64,000 nucleotides of DNA from a virus. Shown here piece after piece: positions 31,048 through 42,020 of this stretch. The position numbers and the translations under genes were made by a program. The stretch lies in IMG/VR virus record IMGVR_UViG_3300050014_000619; one strand, written 5' to 3'. The notes below the pieces were generated by a model. The model did not search any database and had not been told where the DNA came from. It saw only the letters and a program-made list of their open reading frames with translations. Every line of letters begins with the position of its first letter. Positions within the stretch are counted from its first letter, which is position 1.

Positions 31048-32097
31048 ATGAGTATGTTTGCAGTTGCTAAAATTGTAAACATGAATTGGAGTGATAATGA
31101 AATTCAAAATTTAATTAATGACTTTTCAACTAAAGGTACTAATTATTGTGTAAATCAATTAAATAGAACGAAATCTGCTATTTTAAATAAAGCAAATGTT
31201 TTAAAACTAACTGCTCAAAGACCCAATTTATATACAAATGAAGAAATTTTATTTTTAAAGAATAACTATTCTATTTATGGTGTAGAATATTGTGCAGAAT
31301 ACATGAAAAGAAATAAAAATGGTGTTTGTAATAAAGCACGTGAATTAAATTTATTTGTTGATGATAGTATAAAATCAAATCTTATAATAAATGGATTTAA
31401 AAAAAAGAATTATAATAAATATGATGTAGACAATATATTATTGTTAAATAATTTATACATAATATATTTTTTAGGATATTTTTGGGCAGACGGTCATTTA
31501 GATAAAAACAGAACATTATCGTCAATTAGTTTAATTAAAGAAGACTCCGAATTTTTATATAATATTTTAATAAAATTTTCAAATTGTTGGAAAATCGGCT
31601 CTGATTTAAAAAAATATTGGAAAAATAGTTTGGGTGAAATTAAGCAAGGGAAACTTCAAAGAATAATATGGTCTTCTTCACAAGAACTTTTTTATTTTTT
31701 AGAGGAAAATGATTATAAAAACAAATCAAGGGTCAATTTTAATAAAATATTTAATAAAATACCTGAAAATTTAAAATCTTTTTTTATTTTAGGGTTATAT
31801 GATGGCGATGGTCATTTTAATTATCAAAAAAGATATAAAAATTCCCATCAAGGCGAATTTATAATTACATCATCTTATGATTACGATTGGAGTACGCTGG
31901 AGCAATTTTATAAAAAAAATAATATTGACTATAGTATATATAGACAAATATGTAAATTAGGAAAAAATTCGGATATAAAAGTAAGAAAAAAAGAATCATT
32001 AATTAAATTATATGAATTATTATATAAAGATGAATTTAAAGGACTTGAAAGAAAGCATATAAAATATTTAAATTATTATGAAGCCGTTAAAAAATAA
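31048..32097 (+). mobile_element. LAGLIDADG homing endonuclease (likely start 31081)
   Basis: Two motifs, YFLGYFWADG and FILGLYDGDG; N-terminal W(S/T)..E...L repeats. Confidence 0.85.
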
Positions 32098-32779
32098 AAT
32101 AGTTGTTGTTTTTTCCTCACATTTGGGTGATGAAAAAAATAATAAATTTATAGAGCATATTGATAACACAATTGGCGTAAACCATGAAGTTGTGTGTTAT
32201 ACTAATTATAATCAGTTCAGTCTTACTGAATTATACAATAAAGCAATTAAAGAACATAACAGTCCTGATGCAATTTTTGTATTTTGCCACCCGGATATTT
32301 TTATTAAAACTCGTACATGGGGCAGATTATTATTAAGTAAATTTAATGCGTTCTCATATTCTATAATTGGCGTTGCTGGTTCTAAAATTCTAACAGATAA
32401 TGCAATTTGGTGGACCAATCGGGCAGCCATGACAGGAATAGTTGAACATACAGATAATATTAGTACATGGGTGAGTGAATATTCTCATGAACGTAAAGGT
32501 CAGGTTACACCAGTAGTTTTGGTTGATGGAGTATTTATGGCTGTTGATTGTAATAATATTGAGCATCAGTTTGATGAAGAATTTAAAGGATTTCATTTTT
32601 ATGATTTGAGTTTCTGCGTGCCTAATTATTTGGATGGTTGTGAAATTGGTGTTACTACCGATATTAGAGTTTTACATCAGTCAGTCGGAATGACCAATCA
32701 GGTCTGGGAAGATAATAGATTACAATTCGTTGAAAAGTATAAAGACGAATTACCATTAACATATACAAGCGAAATATGA
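32078..32779 (+). CDS. GT2-like glycosyltransferase
   Basis: YNKAI, FVFCHPDI, VDGVFMAV, FDEEF.GFHFYD. Confidence 0.8.
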   Translation: MKPLKNKIVVVFSSHLGDEKNNKFIEHIDNTIGVNHEVVCYTNYNQFSLTELYNKAIKEHNSPDAIFVFCHPDIFIKTRTWGRLLLSKFNAFSYSIIGVAGSKILTDNAIWWTNRAAMTGIVEHTDNISTWVSEYSHERKGQVTPVVLVDGVFMAVDCNNIEHQFDEEFKGFHFYDLSFCVPNYLDGCEIGVTTDIRVLHQSVGMTNQVWEDNRLQFVEKYKDELPLTYTSEI

Positions 32780-33342
32780 TTAACGTAGACAATAAATATT
32801 ATAATTCAATTGGAATTTATTTTATTCAAAATAAGATAAATAATAATATTTATGTTGGAAGTGCTATTTCTTTAGGTAATAGAATGAAGAATCATAGAAA
32901 TTCTCTTATAAAAAATAATCATCGAAACATACATTTACAAAATGCATTTAATAAGTATGGAGAAGAAAATTTTGATGTACAGATTGTTGAAATTATCTTT
33001 AATAAAGAAATGCTTCTCGAAAGAGAACAGCATTACATTGACATACAAAAAAACATTTTTAATCATGTATATAATATAAATCCTGTTGCTGGTAGTTCTC
33101 TTGGCTACCATCATTCAGAAGAAACAAAAGAACATCTAAGCAAGAAAAAACAAGGAAAAAATAATCCACAATACGGAAATACTGGAGAAAAGAATCCTAA
33201 TCATAAATTAACTACTGAAAACGTATTATTTATACGAAACAATATAAATAATTATAATTTTGCAGAGTTAGGTAGAATGTTTGGTGTTGCATATCCAACT
33301 ATATCACGTATTATTAAAAGAAAAAATTGGATAAATATATGA
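32776..33342 (+). mobile_element. GIY-YIG homing endonuclease
   Basis: GIYFI.NKIN.NIYVGSA; NUMOD3-like HSEETK.HLS. Confidence 0.88.
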
Positions 33343-33977
33343 TAAATGTTACAAAATTCGATGATGATGGTATTTTACCAGTATCTATAATTGTACCACT
33401 TGCAAAAAAAAGACGTGAGTTTTTTAACAATCTGGTTCTTCCATTGCTTGAAGCAAATATGACTGCAGAGATTATAATTAATGATGATGAAGGTTCTGCA
33501 CCAAAAAAAAGAAATGATGGATTTAAAAAATCAACACAACCATTTTTATTTTTCTGTGATGATGATATAATACTTCCTGCAAATTATATAAGTAGTTTAT
33601 ATGATGTATTAAAGAAAAATCCTGATGTGGGATTTGCATATACGGGTTATCATGGAATAGTACTTCATCCTGAAACACACCCAATGCACGGAAATTTTGA
33701 GATTCCTGCAATTGAATTCAACGCTAAAGCGTTAGAATATGGAAATTACATATCAACAATGACGTTAGTTCGCAGAGAATTATTTCCAATGTTTGATGAA
33801 AATCTTAAAAGACTTCAAGATTATGATCTCTGGCTTACAGTTATAGAAAGAGGTAGCAAGGGTATTTTAGTGCCTTCTGTGACATTTTATGCATATTACC
33901 TTGATTCTGGTATTACATCAAATACTAACAGTGAAATTGACGCTATGAATGCGATCAGAGTAAAACATAAATTTTAA
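33327..33977 (+). CDS. glycosyltransferase family 2
   Basis: VSIIVP, KRNDG, FFCDDD, FDENLKRLQDYDLWL. Confidence 0.88.
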   Translation: MDKYMINVTKFDDDGILPVSIIVPLAKKRREFFNNLVLPLLEANMTAEIIINDDEGSAPKKRNDGFKKSTQPFLFFCDDDIILPANYISSLYDVLKKNPDVGFAYTGYHGIVLHPETHPMHGNFEIPAIEFNAKALEYGNYISTMTLVRRELFPMFDENLKRLQDYDLWLTVIERGSKGILVPSVTFYAYYLDSGITSNTNSEIDAMNAIRVKHKF

Positions 33978-34711
33978 TGGCAAGAGTAAATATTATAATT
34001 AGAGCATTTAATCGTTTGGAATACACTTCGCTGACGCTTCGTGAAATTGATCGTCTCGCAGGATATGATAATTATAAAATAATTATTATTGATAATAATA
34101 GTAGTGATGGCACAGGTCAGTGGCTTAAATCACTCGAAAAAGAAGGTTATTATAAAATCAAACCAATTTATTCTAAAGAAAATCTTGGAGATTTTGGCGG
34201 GACAAAGGTCGGTTATGATAATCTTGATGCTGATTGTGAGTACACCATGCAATGGGATAATGATTATCCACCAGTAACACCATATTTCTTATTAAACATG
34301 GTAAAAATTATGGATGCATTTCCGAAGATCGGTCAACTAATGCTCAAAAGGAACGGTGTTGGAGGAATCTTACCAATTACAAATAAGATTGATTTTGAAG
34401 GTATTATATTTGGTGATGTGCCTGTGATAACGTGTGTAAATATGCATAGAAGAAAAATGGTAGAAGAAATTAATTCATGGATTGTAGATGAATCTCAATA
34501 TTGGGATTTTAATTTAAATCTTGAAATGCGTAAACGTGGTTATGAATTAAAAAAGATTGAAAACATCAGAGTGGTTCATATAGATATTTTTCCTGATCTT
34601 AAAATAAATTTACAAACGAAAAAATATCCATTATATACTAAAAATAGACAAGATAAGGATAATGCTGGTGGAAATAAGATAAATTTTAATACTGTAAATT
34701 ATAATGATTAG
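33977..34711 (+). CDS. glycosyltransferase family 2
   Basis: IIIRAFNR, IIDNNSSDGT, NLG, WDND. Confidence 0.85.
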   Translation: MARVNIIIRAFNRLEYTSLTLREIDRLAGYDNYKIIIIDNNSSDGTGQWLKSLEKEGYYKIKPIYSKENLGDFGGTKVGYDNLDADCEYTMQWDNDYPPVTPYFLLNMVKIMDAFPKIGQLMLKRNGVGGILPITNKIDFEGIIFGDVPVITCVNMHRRKMVEEINSWIVDESQYWDFNLNLEMRKRGYELKKIENIRVVHIDIFPDLKINLQTKKYPLYTKNRQDKDNAGGNKINFNTVNYND

Positions 34712-35438
34712 TGTTATATTAAATGTATATAATCGTGCTTATATGCTTGAAAAACAAATTGAAGCAATTAAAAATCAGTCAATTCCGATTAAGTCTGAGA
34801 ATATACATATTTGGTATAATAGGGGTGATATGCCACAATATCTACCAAAAGATAAAGAGATTAAAACATATATTTGTAATTGGAATACTAAATTTTTTGG
34901 TAGATTTACGACACCACTCTTAATTAAAACTCCTTTTGTTTCGATGTTTGATGATGATACTTTACCTGAAAAGGACTGGCATAAGAATTGTCTGGAAACA
35001 ATTGAGAAACCAGAGAGTAACGGTATTCTTGGCGGTAGTGGTGTTATAATACAAGCCAAAGCATATAATCCATTTATTAAGGTTGGTTGGAATGGCATTC
35101 ACTCTAATAAAGTTGAACGAGTTGATTTAGTGGGTCACGCATGGTTTTTCAGACAGGAATGGGCAAAATATCTTTGGTATGAAAAACCATTTGATTGGAA
35201 TAATGGTGAAGACATAATGTTTTCATATTTAGCACAAAAGTACGGTAATATTAATACATTTGTTCCACCGCATCCAGAAAATAATAAAGACCTATGGAGT
35301 TCAAACGTTGCAGTTGGTAATCAGGTTGGAAATGATGCCAATGCTTCGTGGTTAAAAGGTAGTCATTACGGTGAAAGAGATAAAATTTGTGTTCATTGTA
35401 TAAACAATGGATGGAAGACAGTAAATAATATAATTTAA
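34704..35438 (+). CDS. GT-A fold glycosyltransferase
   Basis: ISVILNVYNR, FDDD.LP, VDLVGHAWFF, GEDI.FS. Confidence 0.75.
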   Translation: MISVILNVYNRAYMLEKQIEAIKNQSIPIKSENIHIWYNRGDMPQYLPKDKEIKTYICNWNTKFFGRFTTPLLIKTPFVSMFDDDTLPEKDWHKNCLETIEKPESNGILGGSGVIIQAKAYNPFIKVGWNGIHSNKVERVDLVGHAWFFRQEWAKYLWYEKPFDWNNGEDIMFSYLAQKYGNINTFVPPHPENNKDLWSSNVAVGNQVGNDANASWLKGSHYGERDKICVHCINNGWKTVNNII

Positions 35439-35439
35439 A

Positions 35440-36090
35440 ATGTTAAATAACCCATATAAAATTGTAAAATTATTTGAAGAAGAAATAGCTGCATACACTG
35501 GTGCGCCATTTGCCGTATCTGTGGATAATTGCACCAACGCATTATTTTTATGTTTAGAATATTTTAAATACATTGGACAGGGTGCATTTAATAATGAAGT
35601 TATAATACCATCAAAAACGTATTTATCAGTGCCACAGTCAATAATTCATGCTGGTTTTGAACCAGTATTTGATATGAGCGAAGAAGCTAATAAGTGGTCA
35701 GGAATTTATCAATTAAAACCATTTCCAATATATGATTCAGCAAAAAGATTAACTTCAAATATGTATATGTGGAATAGTTTTATGTGTTTATCTTTTCATA
35801 TAAAAAAACAAATAAGTATTGGTAAAGGTGGAATGATTTTAACTGATAACGCAAATGCTGTTGAATGGTTCAAAACAGCACGATATGAAGGTAGGAGCGA
35901 AAAACTTTATCATGAAGATGATATAAAAATGCTCGGCTGGAATATGTATATGACACCACAACAAGCAGCACATGGTCTTGCATTAATGCAAAATTATGTT
36001 AGTGATGTACCAGATTTGGGTGAAAATAATGGATATAGAAATTTAACAGAATTTACAATATTCAAAAATTATAAAAAAATAAATCAATAA
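35440..36090 (+). CDS. DegT/DnrJ/EryC1/StrS-like aminotransferase (short form)
   Basis: FEE..A.Y.GAP.AV.V.N.T.AL, EVI.PS.T, YDSA, SF..KK...G.GGM. Confidence 0.75.
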   Translation: MLNNPYKIVKLFEEEIAAYTGAPFAVSVDNCTNALFLCLEYFKYIGQGAFNNEVIIPSKTYLSVPQSIIHAGFEPVFDMSEEANKWSGIYQLKPFPIYDSAKRLTSNMYMWNSFMCLSFHIKKQISIGKGGMILTDNANAVEWFKTARYEGRSEKLYHEDDIKMLGWNMYMTPQQAAHGLALMQNYVSDVPDLGENNGYRNLTEFTIFKNYKKINQ

Positions 36091-36863
36091 TGGAAGATTT
36101 TATAAAAAAATTTTGGGATACACAAGGAAATATTTATGGTAGTTCACACATGGCATCATGGGGTGATGAATATGCAATTGAACTTGAAATTGATATTGTT
36201 GCAAAATATTTAAAAAACAACGATTTTGTTTTGGATGTTGGCTGTGCTAATGGATTTTCAACATTTAAACAACTGGAAAAAAATTCAACACTGAATTTAA
36301 TGGGTGTTGATTTTTCAGAATCAATGATTGATAATGCTAAAAAAAGATTAAAAACAATTTCAAATTCGAATAATATATCATTTGAGATTGGAAATATACT
36401 TAATTTAAATTTTAGCGATAATCAGTTTGATAAAGTTTATACAACAAGAGTATTAATTAATTTACCAACATGGGAACAACAAATTATTGGATTGAATGAA
36501 TTACTTAGAGTAACCAAAACAGGTGGACAGGTAATAATTTCTGAAGGTTTTTATGAGCCACTTGTGAAATTAAATTCAATAAGATTAATAGCGGGATTAT
36601 CACCATTAGTTGAACATGACTTTAATAGATATTTAAAAATTTCAAATTTAAATAAATTTTTATTAGAAAAAAAACTGTCATTCGAAAAGATTGATTTTTC
36701 GTCAGTATATTATCTTGGGTCAAGATTTATTAGAGAATTTGTGACAGATGCAAATCAATATGAAGGATATTCTAATCCAATAAATGAAATTTTTTATAAT
36801 TTAGAAAAAAATTTTTCTGGTGGCGATTTTGGTATTCAGCAAGCATATATAATAACAAAATGA
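36090..36863 (+). CDS. class I SAM-dependent methyltransferase
   Basis: VLDVGCANG, GVDFSESMI, FSDNQFD. Confidence 0.88.
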   Translation: MEDFIKKFWDTQGNIYGSSHMASWGDEYAIELEIDIVAKYLKNNDFVLDVGCANGFSTFKQLEKNSTLNLMGVDFSESMIDNAKKRLKTISNSNNISFEIGNILNLNFSDNQFDKVYTTRVLINLPTWEQQIIGLNELLRVTKTGGQVIISEGFYEPLVKLNSIRLIAGLSPLVEHDFNRYLKISNLNKFLLEKKLSFEKIDFSSVYYLGSRFIREFVTDANQYEGYSNPINEIFYNLEKNFSGGDFGIQQAYIITK

Positions 36864-37585
36864 AAACATTTGGTGGTGATTTTGACAAGTTTTTAAATAA
36901 GATCAAATCTGGTGAACATTTTTCATTGTCTCGCTGGGGTGATGGAGAATTAACCATACTTGAAAATAAATTTATTGATATACGTTCCAAAGGTAATGGA
37001 GAATTCAGGTATGACCCAGATAATAAGGATTATGCTGATGCCAGACATAAATTAATTTTATCTTACACTAATCAGGACGACAATTATTATATTGGTATTG
37101 CATGTCCGTGTTGTGTTGGTCAGGAAAAATATGAATATATGAAAATGAAATCTTGTCAAGATGAAGAACATCTTACTTGGGCAAATATATTTGTAAATGC
37201 AAATTACAGGAGAAGCATTAATGAATTAATACCTGAACTAAAAAATCATGTGGTGAATCTTGTAATTAATGAAAACTCTAAACTTGAAAAATTACCGCTC
37301 ATTCCAAAAAATGTTTGGGATATCGGCACTGACGCATGGAATGAAGACTTAAGTGTTATTCAAGAAATTCTGGAATATATTGAGAATGAAAAAGTTGAAA
37401 ATGAAATCTTCCTTTTTGCTGCAGGTCCTTTAGCCAACATACTTACATATGAATTATGGATACATGGTAGTAAAAATAATACATATATTGATATTGGTTC
37501 TATATTAGACCCGTATTTAGAATTAAAACTAACAAGGGGTTATCATTTAGGTGCTCCAACATTAAATAAAATTTGTATATGGTAA
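36860..37585 (+). CDS. GT-D fold (DUF1792-like) glycosyltransferase
   Basis: FSLSRWGDGE; LFAAGP; YIDIGS. Confidence 0.7.
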   Translation: MKTFGGDFDKFLNKIKSGEHFSLSRWGDGELTILENKFIDIRSKGNGEFRYDPDNKDYADARHKLILSYTNQDDNYYIGIACPCCVGQEKYEYMKMKSCQDEEHLTWANIFVNANYRRSINELIPELKNHVVNLVINENSKLEKLPLIPKNVWDIGTDAWNEDLSVIQEILEYIENEKVENEIFLFAAGPLANILTYELWIHGSKNNTYIDIGSILDPYLELKLTRGYHLGAPTLNKICIW

Positions 37586-38211
37586 ATCTGGAAAAATATA
37601 AAAATGATGGTTGGGGTCTTTCAAGAAAATGTTTTGAAAACATGATCTCGATATTTAAGACTTTTTCACACTCAATAAATGTGGTTGAATTTGGTTCAGG
37701 TGTTTCCACAGAATTTCTCGTTGATATGCTTGAAGAACATTACGCTTTAAACATTATATCATATGACGATGATGCCAAATATGCAACAAAAGCCAGACAT
37801 GCACAGTTAAAATTATATCTCACTGGTCTTGTTGAATGTCATGATAGTGATTTTGAAAATCAGTTCAGAGAAAAACAATATAACCCCAATGTGTTTTTTA
37901 AAAAGATTACAGCAGTTCATACCAGACAAAGAAATACATTTTATGAAATAAAAGAAGGGGAACTGCCTGATGTTATTGATGTTATGATTGTGGATGGTCC
38001 GCATGGCAATGGTAGAAGTATTGCATTTCTGCATGGTATTGGACGATTAAGAAAAGGTTCGTTTGTAGTTATTGACGATTACAATCATTATGATTTTATT
38101 GAGAGATTTCAAATGTTATTTCCTGAATCAGAATTAGTAGCAATATCGAACACTGGCAGTATTAATCAATGGGAATTGGGTGGAAATTATCAAATTTTTA
38201 AAATAAAATGA
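37573..38211 (+). CDS. SAM-dependent methyltransferase-like protein
   Basis: VVEFGSGVST; IVDGP; VIDD. Confidence 0.7.
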   Translation: MYMVNLEKYKNDGWGLSRKCFENMISIFKTFSHSINVVEFGSGVSTEFLVDMLEEHYALNIISYDDDAKYATKARHAQLKLYLTGLVECHDSDFENQFREKQYNPNVFFKKITAVHTRQRNTFYEIKEGELPDVIDVMIVDGPHGNGRSIAFLHGIGRLRKGSFVVIDDYNHYDFIERFQMLFPESELVAISNTGSINQWELGGNYQIFKIK

Positions 38212-38858
38212 AAATTGCATTTGCACATAACGTACAAAATAGGTTTAAAACATTAAGGGAAACTATTGAAACAGAAAGAAATTATTTTCCTGATGCTTTA
38301 ATTTATGTTGCATATAATGATCACACATTTAATTTAAATTATTTTAAAGACTTAACAAACATAAAATTTATTTCATATAATGGAGAAGGTCATAAAATTG
38401 GTTGTACGAACGGTTTTATAGTATCAATAAGAGAAACACTTGATGATGATAGTGATATTGTTGTATTTTCGCATGATGATGTCAGAATAAATCCAGAATT
38501 TATTGATGTGTTTAACAAAAATATTAATAAATTAATTGAAGAAAATATTGATGTTATTTGTAGAAAACCAAACAGTTACGGAAATAATTATTATATGATG
38601 GAAGGTGTTTTTATGCGTAAAGATGCAATAAAAAAAATCATTTTAAATCAAAATTTAATTGATTTTGAAGTAAATTTACCTAAAGATATACGTGGGTCTT
38701 ATTCACCTGAAGTTTGGCTATATAACGTAATTAATAATTGTAATATTAACATCAATTGTATTACTTATGAACATTCAACCAATAATTATAATATAATTTT
38801 AGGAAAAAATTTTGGTTTATTTCATAAAAATGCTGGCTTAAGAGGTTGGAAAGATTAA
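38208..38858 (+). CDS. putative GT-A glycosyltransferase
   Basis: VVFSHDD motif; cluster context. Confidence 0.5.
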   Translation: MKIAFAHNVQNRFKTLRETIETERNYFPDALIYVAYNDHTFNLNYFKDLTNIKFISYNGEGHKIGCTNGFIVSIRETLDDDSDIVVFSHDDVRINPEFIDVFNKNINKLIEENIDVICRKPNSYGNNYYMMEGVFMRKDAIKKIILNQNLIDFEVNLPKDIRGSYSPEVWLYNVINNCNININCITYEHSTNNYNIILGKNFGLFHKNAGLRGWKD

Positions 38859-39496
38859 AAATTAAAAACATGGATAAAAGAGAAGATTTTAAAAAAACAT
38901 ATTATGATGGATTTTTCAAATTAACTGGTGTTGGTTTGGAAGAATTTATGAGATATTATGATGAATCTAAGTATGGTGGCTATCCTGAAGAACCGAGTGG
39001 AAGTGTTTGGGAAAGCGAAGGAAAATCAATATTTGTTTTAACGAGAATACTTAAGCCAAAACATGTTTTGGAAATTGGTAATTATTTGGGTAGAAGTTCA
39101 AATCACATATTACAAGCCGTGGACATGAACGGAGTTGGTGATGTAACACTTGTTGATATTACAGAATATCTTGAATATAAAAAATTACATTCACAAAATT
39201 TTACAAGAATTCTTAATAATTCATTAAATGTATTATCACAACCATTCACCTATGATATAATTGTACAAGATGGCAATCATACCCGTGAACACGTAAAAAA
39301 AGAAATTGAATTAATTTTAAAAAATAATTTATTAAACAATTATTACGTTTGGGGACATGATTATTGGCAAAGAAGTAAACCCACGGAATGTGGTGTTTGG
39401 CTTGCTTGGGATGAAATGAAGGTTAAATTTAATGAATTTCAAGGATTTAAAGATTCTGTAAGTAATTGTGGTTGTCTAATTGCCAAAAAAATGTAA
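38846..39496 (+). CDS. class I SAM methyltransferase (Methyltransf_24-like)
   Basis: VLEIG.YLG.S; DG.H..E.VK; HD. Confidence 0.75.
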   Translation: MERLKIKNMDKREDFKKTYYDGFFKLTGVGLEEFMRYYDESKYGGYPEEPSGSVWESEGKSIFVLTRILKPKHVLEIGNYLGRSSNHILQAVDMNGVGDVTLVDITEYLEYKKLHSQNFTRILNNSLNVLSQPFTYDIIVQDGNHTREHVKKEIELILKNNLLNNYYVWGHDYWQRSKPTECGVWLAWDEMKVKFNEFQGFKDSVSNCGCLIAKKM

Positions 39497-40199
39497 AATG
39501 AAAAAAGACTATAAAGAAGAACTATATAAATTTGTTAATTTTATAAAAGACGGTAAAAACTTTGCATTTGTTCGATTATCTGAGCACGAGCGATATATTT
39601 TAGATGGCACATATCCCGAATGGCAATATAAGGAATGGTCTTGGAAACCAGATAAAAAACATTTTGATGCAAGAAATTTAATGTTAAATGCTACATTGTG
39701 TGATCAAGATAATTTTTATATTGGATTGCCTACACATGGCGGTAAATCATTTTTTGACGAAATGAAAGGATATACAAAACAAAAGGAAGAATACTTAACA
39801 TATACTTGTTTATTCATGGATTCAAATTATAAATATTTTATTTCTGATATGTATCCCGAATTAAAAAAACATGATATTATTGGTGTTTTTTCTGAAAAAA
39901 GTAATGTTAAAAATTCTGGATTAAATATAAATAAAATATTTTATATTACTAATTCAGCATATGTTAATAGCTTACATGTTATTGATGAAATAAAAAAATA
40001 TGTAGTGGATAATAAAATTAAAAACAAGATATTTTTAATTACAGGTGGGTGCTTTGCAAATATTTCAATATATGAATTATTTAAACTGGAAAAAGAAAAT
40101 ACATATATTGACGTGGGTTCTGCACTTGATATTTATTTGGGATTAGGTCAAACGAGAGCATATAACACTTATAATAATTCTAATCCCATCCTTGTGTAA
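39480..40199 (+). CDS. second GT-D fold-like protein
   Basis: FAFVRLSEHE; YIGLP; LITGG; YIDVGSALD, paralogous to 36860-37585. Confidence 0.6.
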   Translation: MPKKCKMKKDYKEELYKFVNFIKDGKNFAFVRLSEHERYILDGTYPEWQYKEWSWKPDKKHFDARNLMLNATLCDQDNFYIGLPTHGGKSFFDEMKGYTKQKEEYLTYTCLFMDSNYKYFISDMYPELKKHDIIGVFSEKSNVKNSGLNINKIFYITNSAYVNSLHVIDEIKKYVVDNKIKNKIFLITGGCFANISIYELFKLEKENTYIDVGSALDIYLGLGQTRAYNTYNNSNPILV

Positions 40200-41010
40200 A
40201 TCAATATCATATATGGTCTGGGGGAACATATTTTTTAAAATGAAATTAGCTACACATATAGTATTATTTGGTCAAGATAAATGGATAATGAAATGCATTG
40301 AGAATGCATATTCACATGTTGATAGAATTTATATTGCATATGCTGAAAAACCTTGGGGCTATAATCCAAATGCAAGAAATGTATATAAAAATTCTTTTGA
40401 TTTAAATATAATCAGGCAATCAAAATATATTAATAAAATTACAATCATTGAGGGTGACTGGCTTACCGAAGAGGCACAAAGAAATGCTTGTGTATCTAAG
40501 GCAAATGAAGACGGTATGGACTATCTTATGATTCATGATGCAGATGAGTTTTATTTTCATAATGATTTTGAAAAATTAAAAGACTTTATTATTCAGAATC
40601 CTAATTATGACTACTATACTTGTGGTTGGATTAGTTTCTGGAAGACATTCAAGTATATTACAGTATCAAATTTTTCTACAAAAATCGTAGGATTTCCACA
40701 AATTGTTATTAATTTAAAAAGAGGTGTGAGATTTCAACGTAAAAGAGGACCGACAGGCGCATCAACAATCAGTATCCCTGACATTATATGTTATCATGCA
40801 TCATACGTATTAACGAATGCAGAACTTCAAGAGAAGTTGAAAACTTGGGGTCATCATAATGATTTTAACGTAGATGCTTGGTATAATAATATTTGGTTAA
40901 AATGGACACCCGATATGGTAAATATGCATCCCGTTAATCCACCTGCTTGGTGTAAAGCAATTGAATTTAAAGAAGAATTACCTGAAGTATTAAAAGATAT
41001 AAAATTATGA
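40192..41010 (+). CDS. GT2-like glycosyltransferase
   Basis: QRNAC, DYLMIHDADEFY. Confidence 0.7.
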   Translation: MCKSISYMVWGNIFFKMKLATHIVLFGQDKWIMKCIENAYSHVDRIYIAYAEKPWGYNPNARNVYKNSFDLNIIRQSKYINKITIIEGDWLTEEAQRNACVSKANEDGMDYLMIHDADEFYFHNDFEKLKDFIIQNPNYDYYTCGWISFWKTFKYITVSNFSTKIVGFPQIVINLKRGVRFQRKRGPTGASTISIPDIICYHASYVLTNAELQEKLKTWGHHNDFNVDAWYNNIWLKWTPDMVNMHPVNPPAWCKAIEFKEELPEVLKDIKL

Positions 41011-42020
41011 TATTATTAGCTTATGGCACACGACCAGAATGGATTAAAATAAAGCCAATTATTGATGAACTGAGGAAAAATAATCTTCCTTATAAAACAT
41101 TATTTACTGGTCAACACGAAGATTTAGTAAAAGAAACATGTCCAGATTTTACCATTAAAACTGGCATGGGTGTTAATAGATTAGATACTATTGTTGCATC
41201 TATAATGAATCACGTATTTTCAATCAATACATTAGCTGTATCGCCAGAATTGAAATATATAATGGTTCAAGGAGATACAACTTCTGCTATGGCTGTTGCA
41301 TTATCAGCATTTCATCATGGTGTGAAAGTAATTCATTTGGAAGCTGGACTACGTACATATGACAAAAAGAATCCATATCCTGAAGAAATAAACAGAAGAA
41401 TTATATCTCAAATTGCTGATATTCACCTGTGCCCCACAGATTTTTCTGTATATAACTTATTTAAAGAAGGAATTGTCAACAATGTTTATTCTGTCGGTAA
41501 TACAGTAATTGATAATCTCTTACCATATAAAGATAAATGTAAATATACAAACAAAATATTGGTTACTTTACACAGGCGTGAGAATCATTATCTCATGAAA
41601 GAGTGGTTTATTGAATTGGAAAAACTGGCAACAATGTATCCAGAATATTCGTTTATATTACCAATGCATCCAAATCCAAGTGTACAAAAATGGAGATATT
41701 TATTAAATAATGTAGTTGTTATTGACCCATTACCATACGAGAAAATGCTTGATTTACTGGTACAAGCGAGACTTGTAATCACAGATAGTGGTGGACTTCA
41801 GGAAGAATCTTGCTTTTTCAATAAGAAATGTTTAACTTGCAGGGTTGTTACGGAGCGTCCTGAAGCAATTGGAAAGAGTACATTTATGGTACAATTCTCA
41901 ACAGATTTAATTCGAACATTTCAGATTCATCATTGTGAACCTGAAATAAATGTAGAATGCCCATTTGGTGATGGTCATGCTGCAGAAAAAATAATAAAGA
42001 TATTAAAAGATTTAAAGTGA
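41007..42020 (+). CDS. wecB: UDP-N-acetylglucosamine 2-epimerase
   Basis: GTRPE.IK, TGQH, VQGDT, HLEAGLR, PEE.NR, VTLHRREN, TDSGGLQEE, TERPE. Confidence 0.95.
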   Translation: MILLAYGTRPEWIKIKPIIDELRKNNLPYKTLFTGQHEDLVKETCPDFTIKTGMGVNRLDTIVASIMNHVFSINTLAVSPELKYIMVQGDTTSAMAVALSAFHHGVKVIHLEAGLRTYDKKNPYPEEINRRIISQIADIHLCPTDFSVYNLFKEGIVNNVYSVGNTVIDNLLPYKDKCKYTNKILVTLHRRENHYLMKEWFIELEKLATMYPEYSFILPMHPNPSVQKWRYLLNNVVVIDPLPYEKMLDLLVQARLVITDSGGLQEESCFFNKKCLTCRVVTERPEAIGKSTFMVQFSTDLIRTFQIHHCEPEINVECPFGDGHAAEKIIKILKDLK

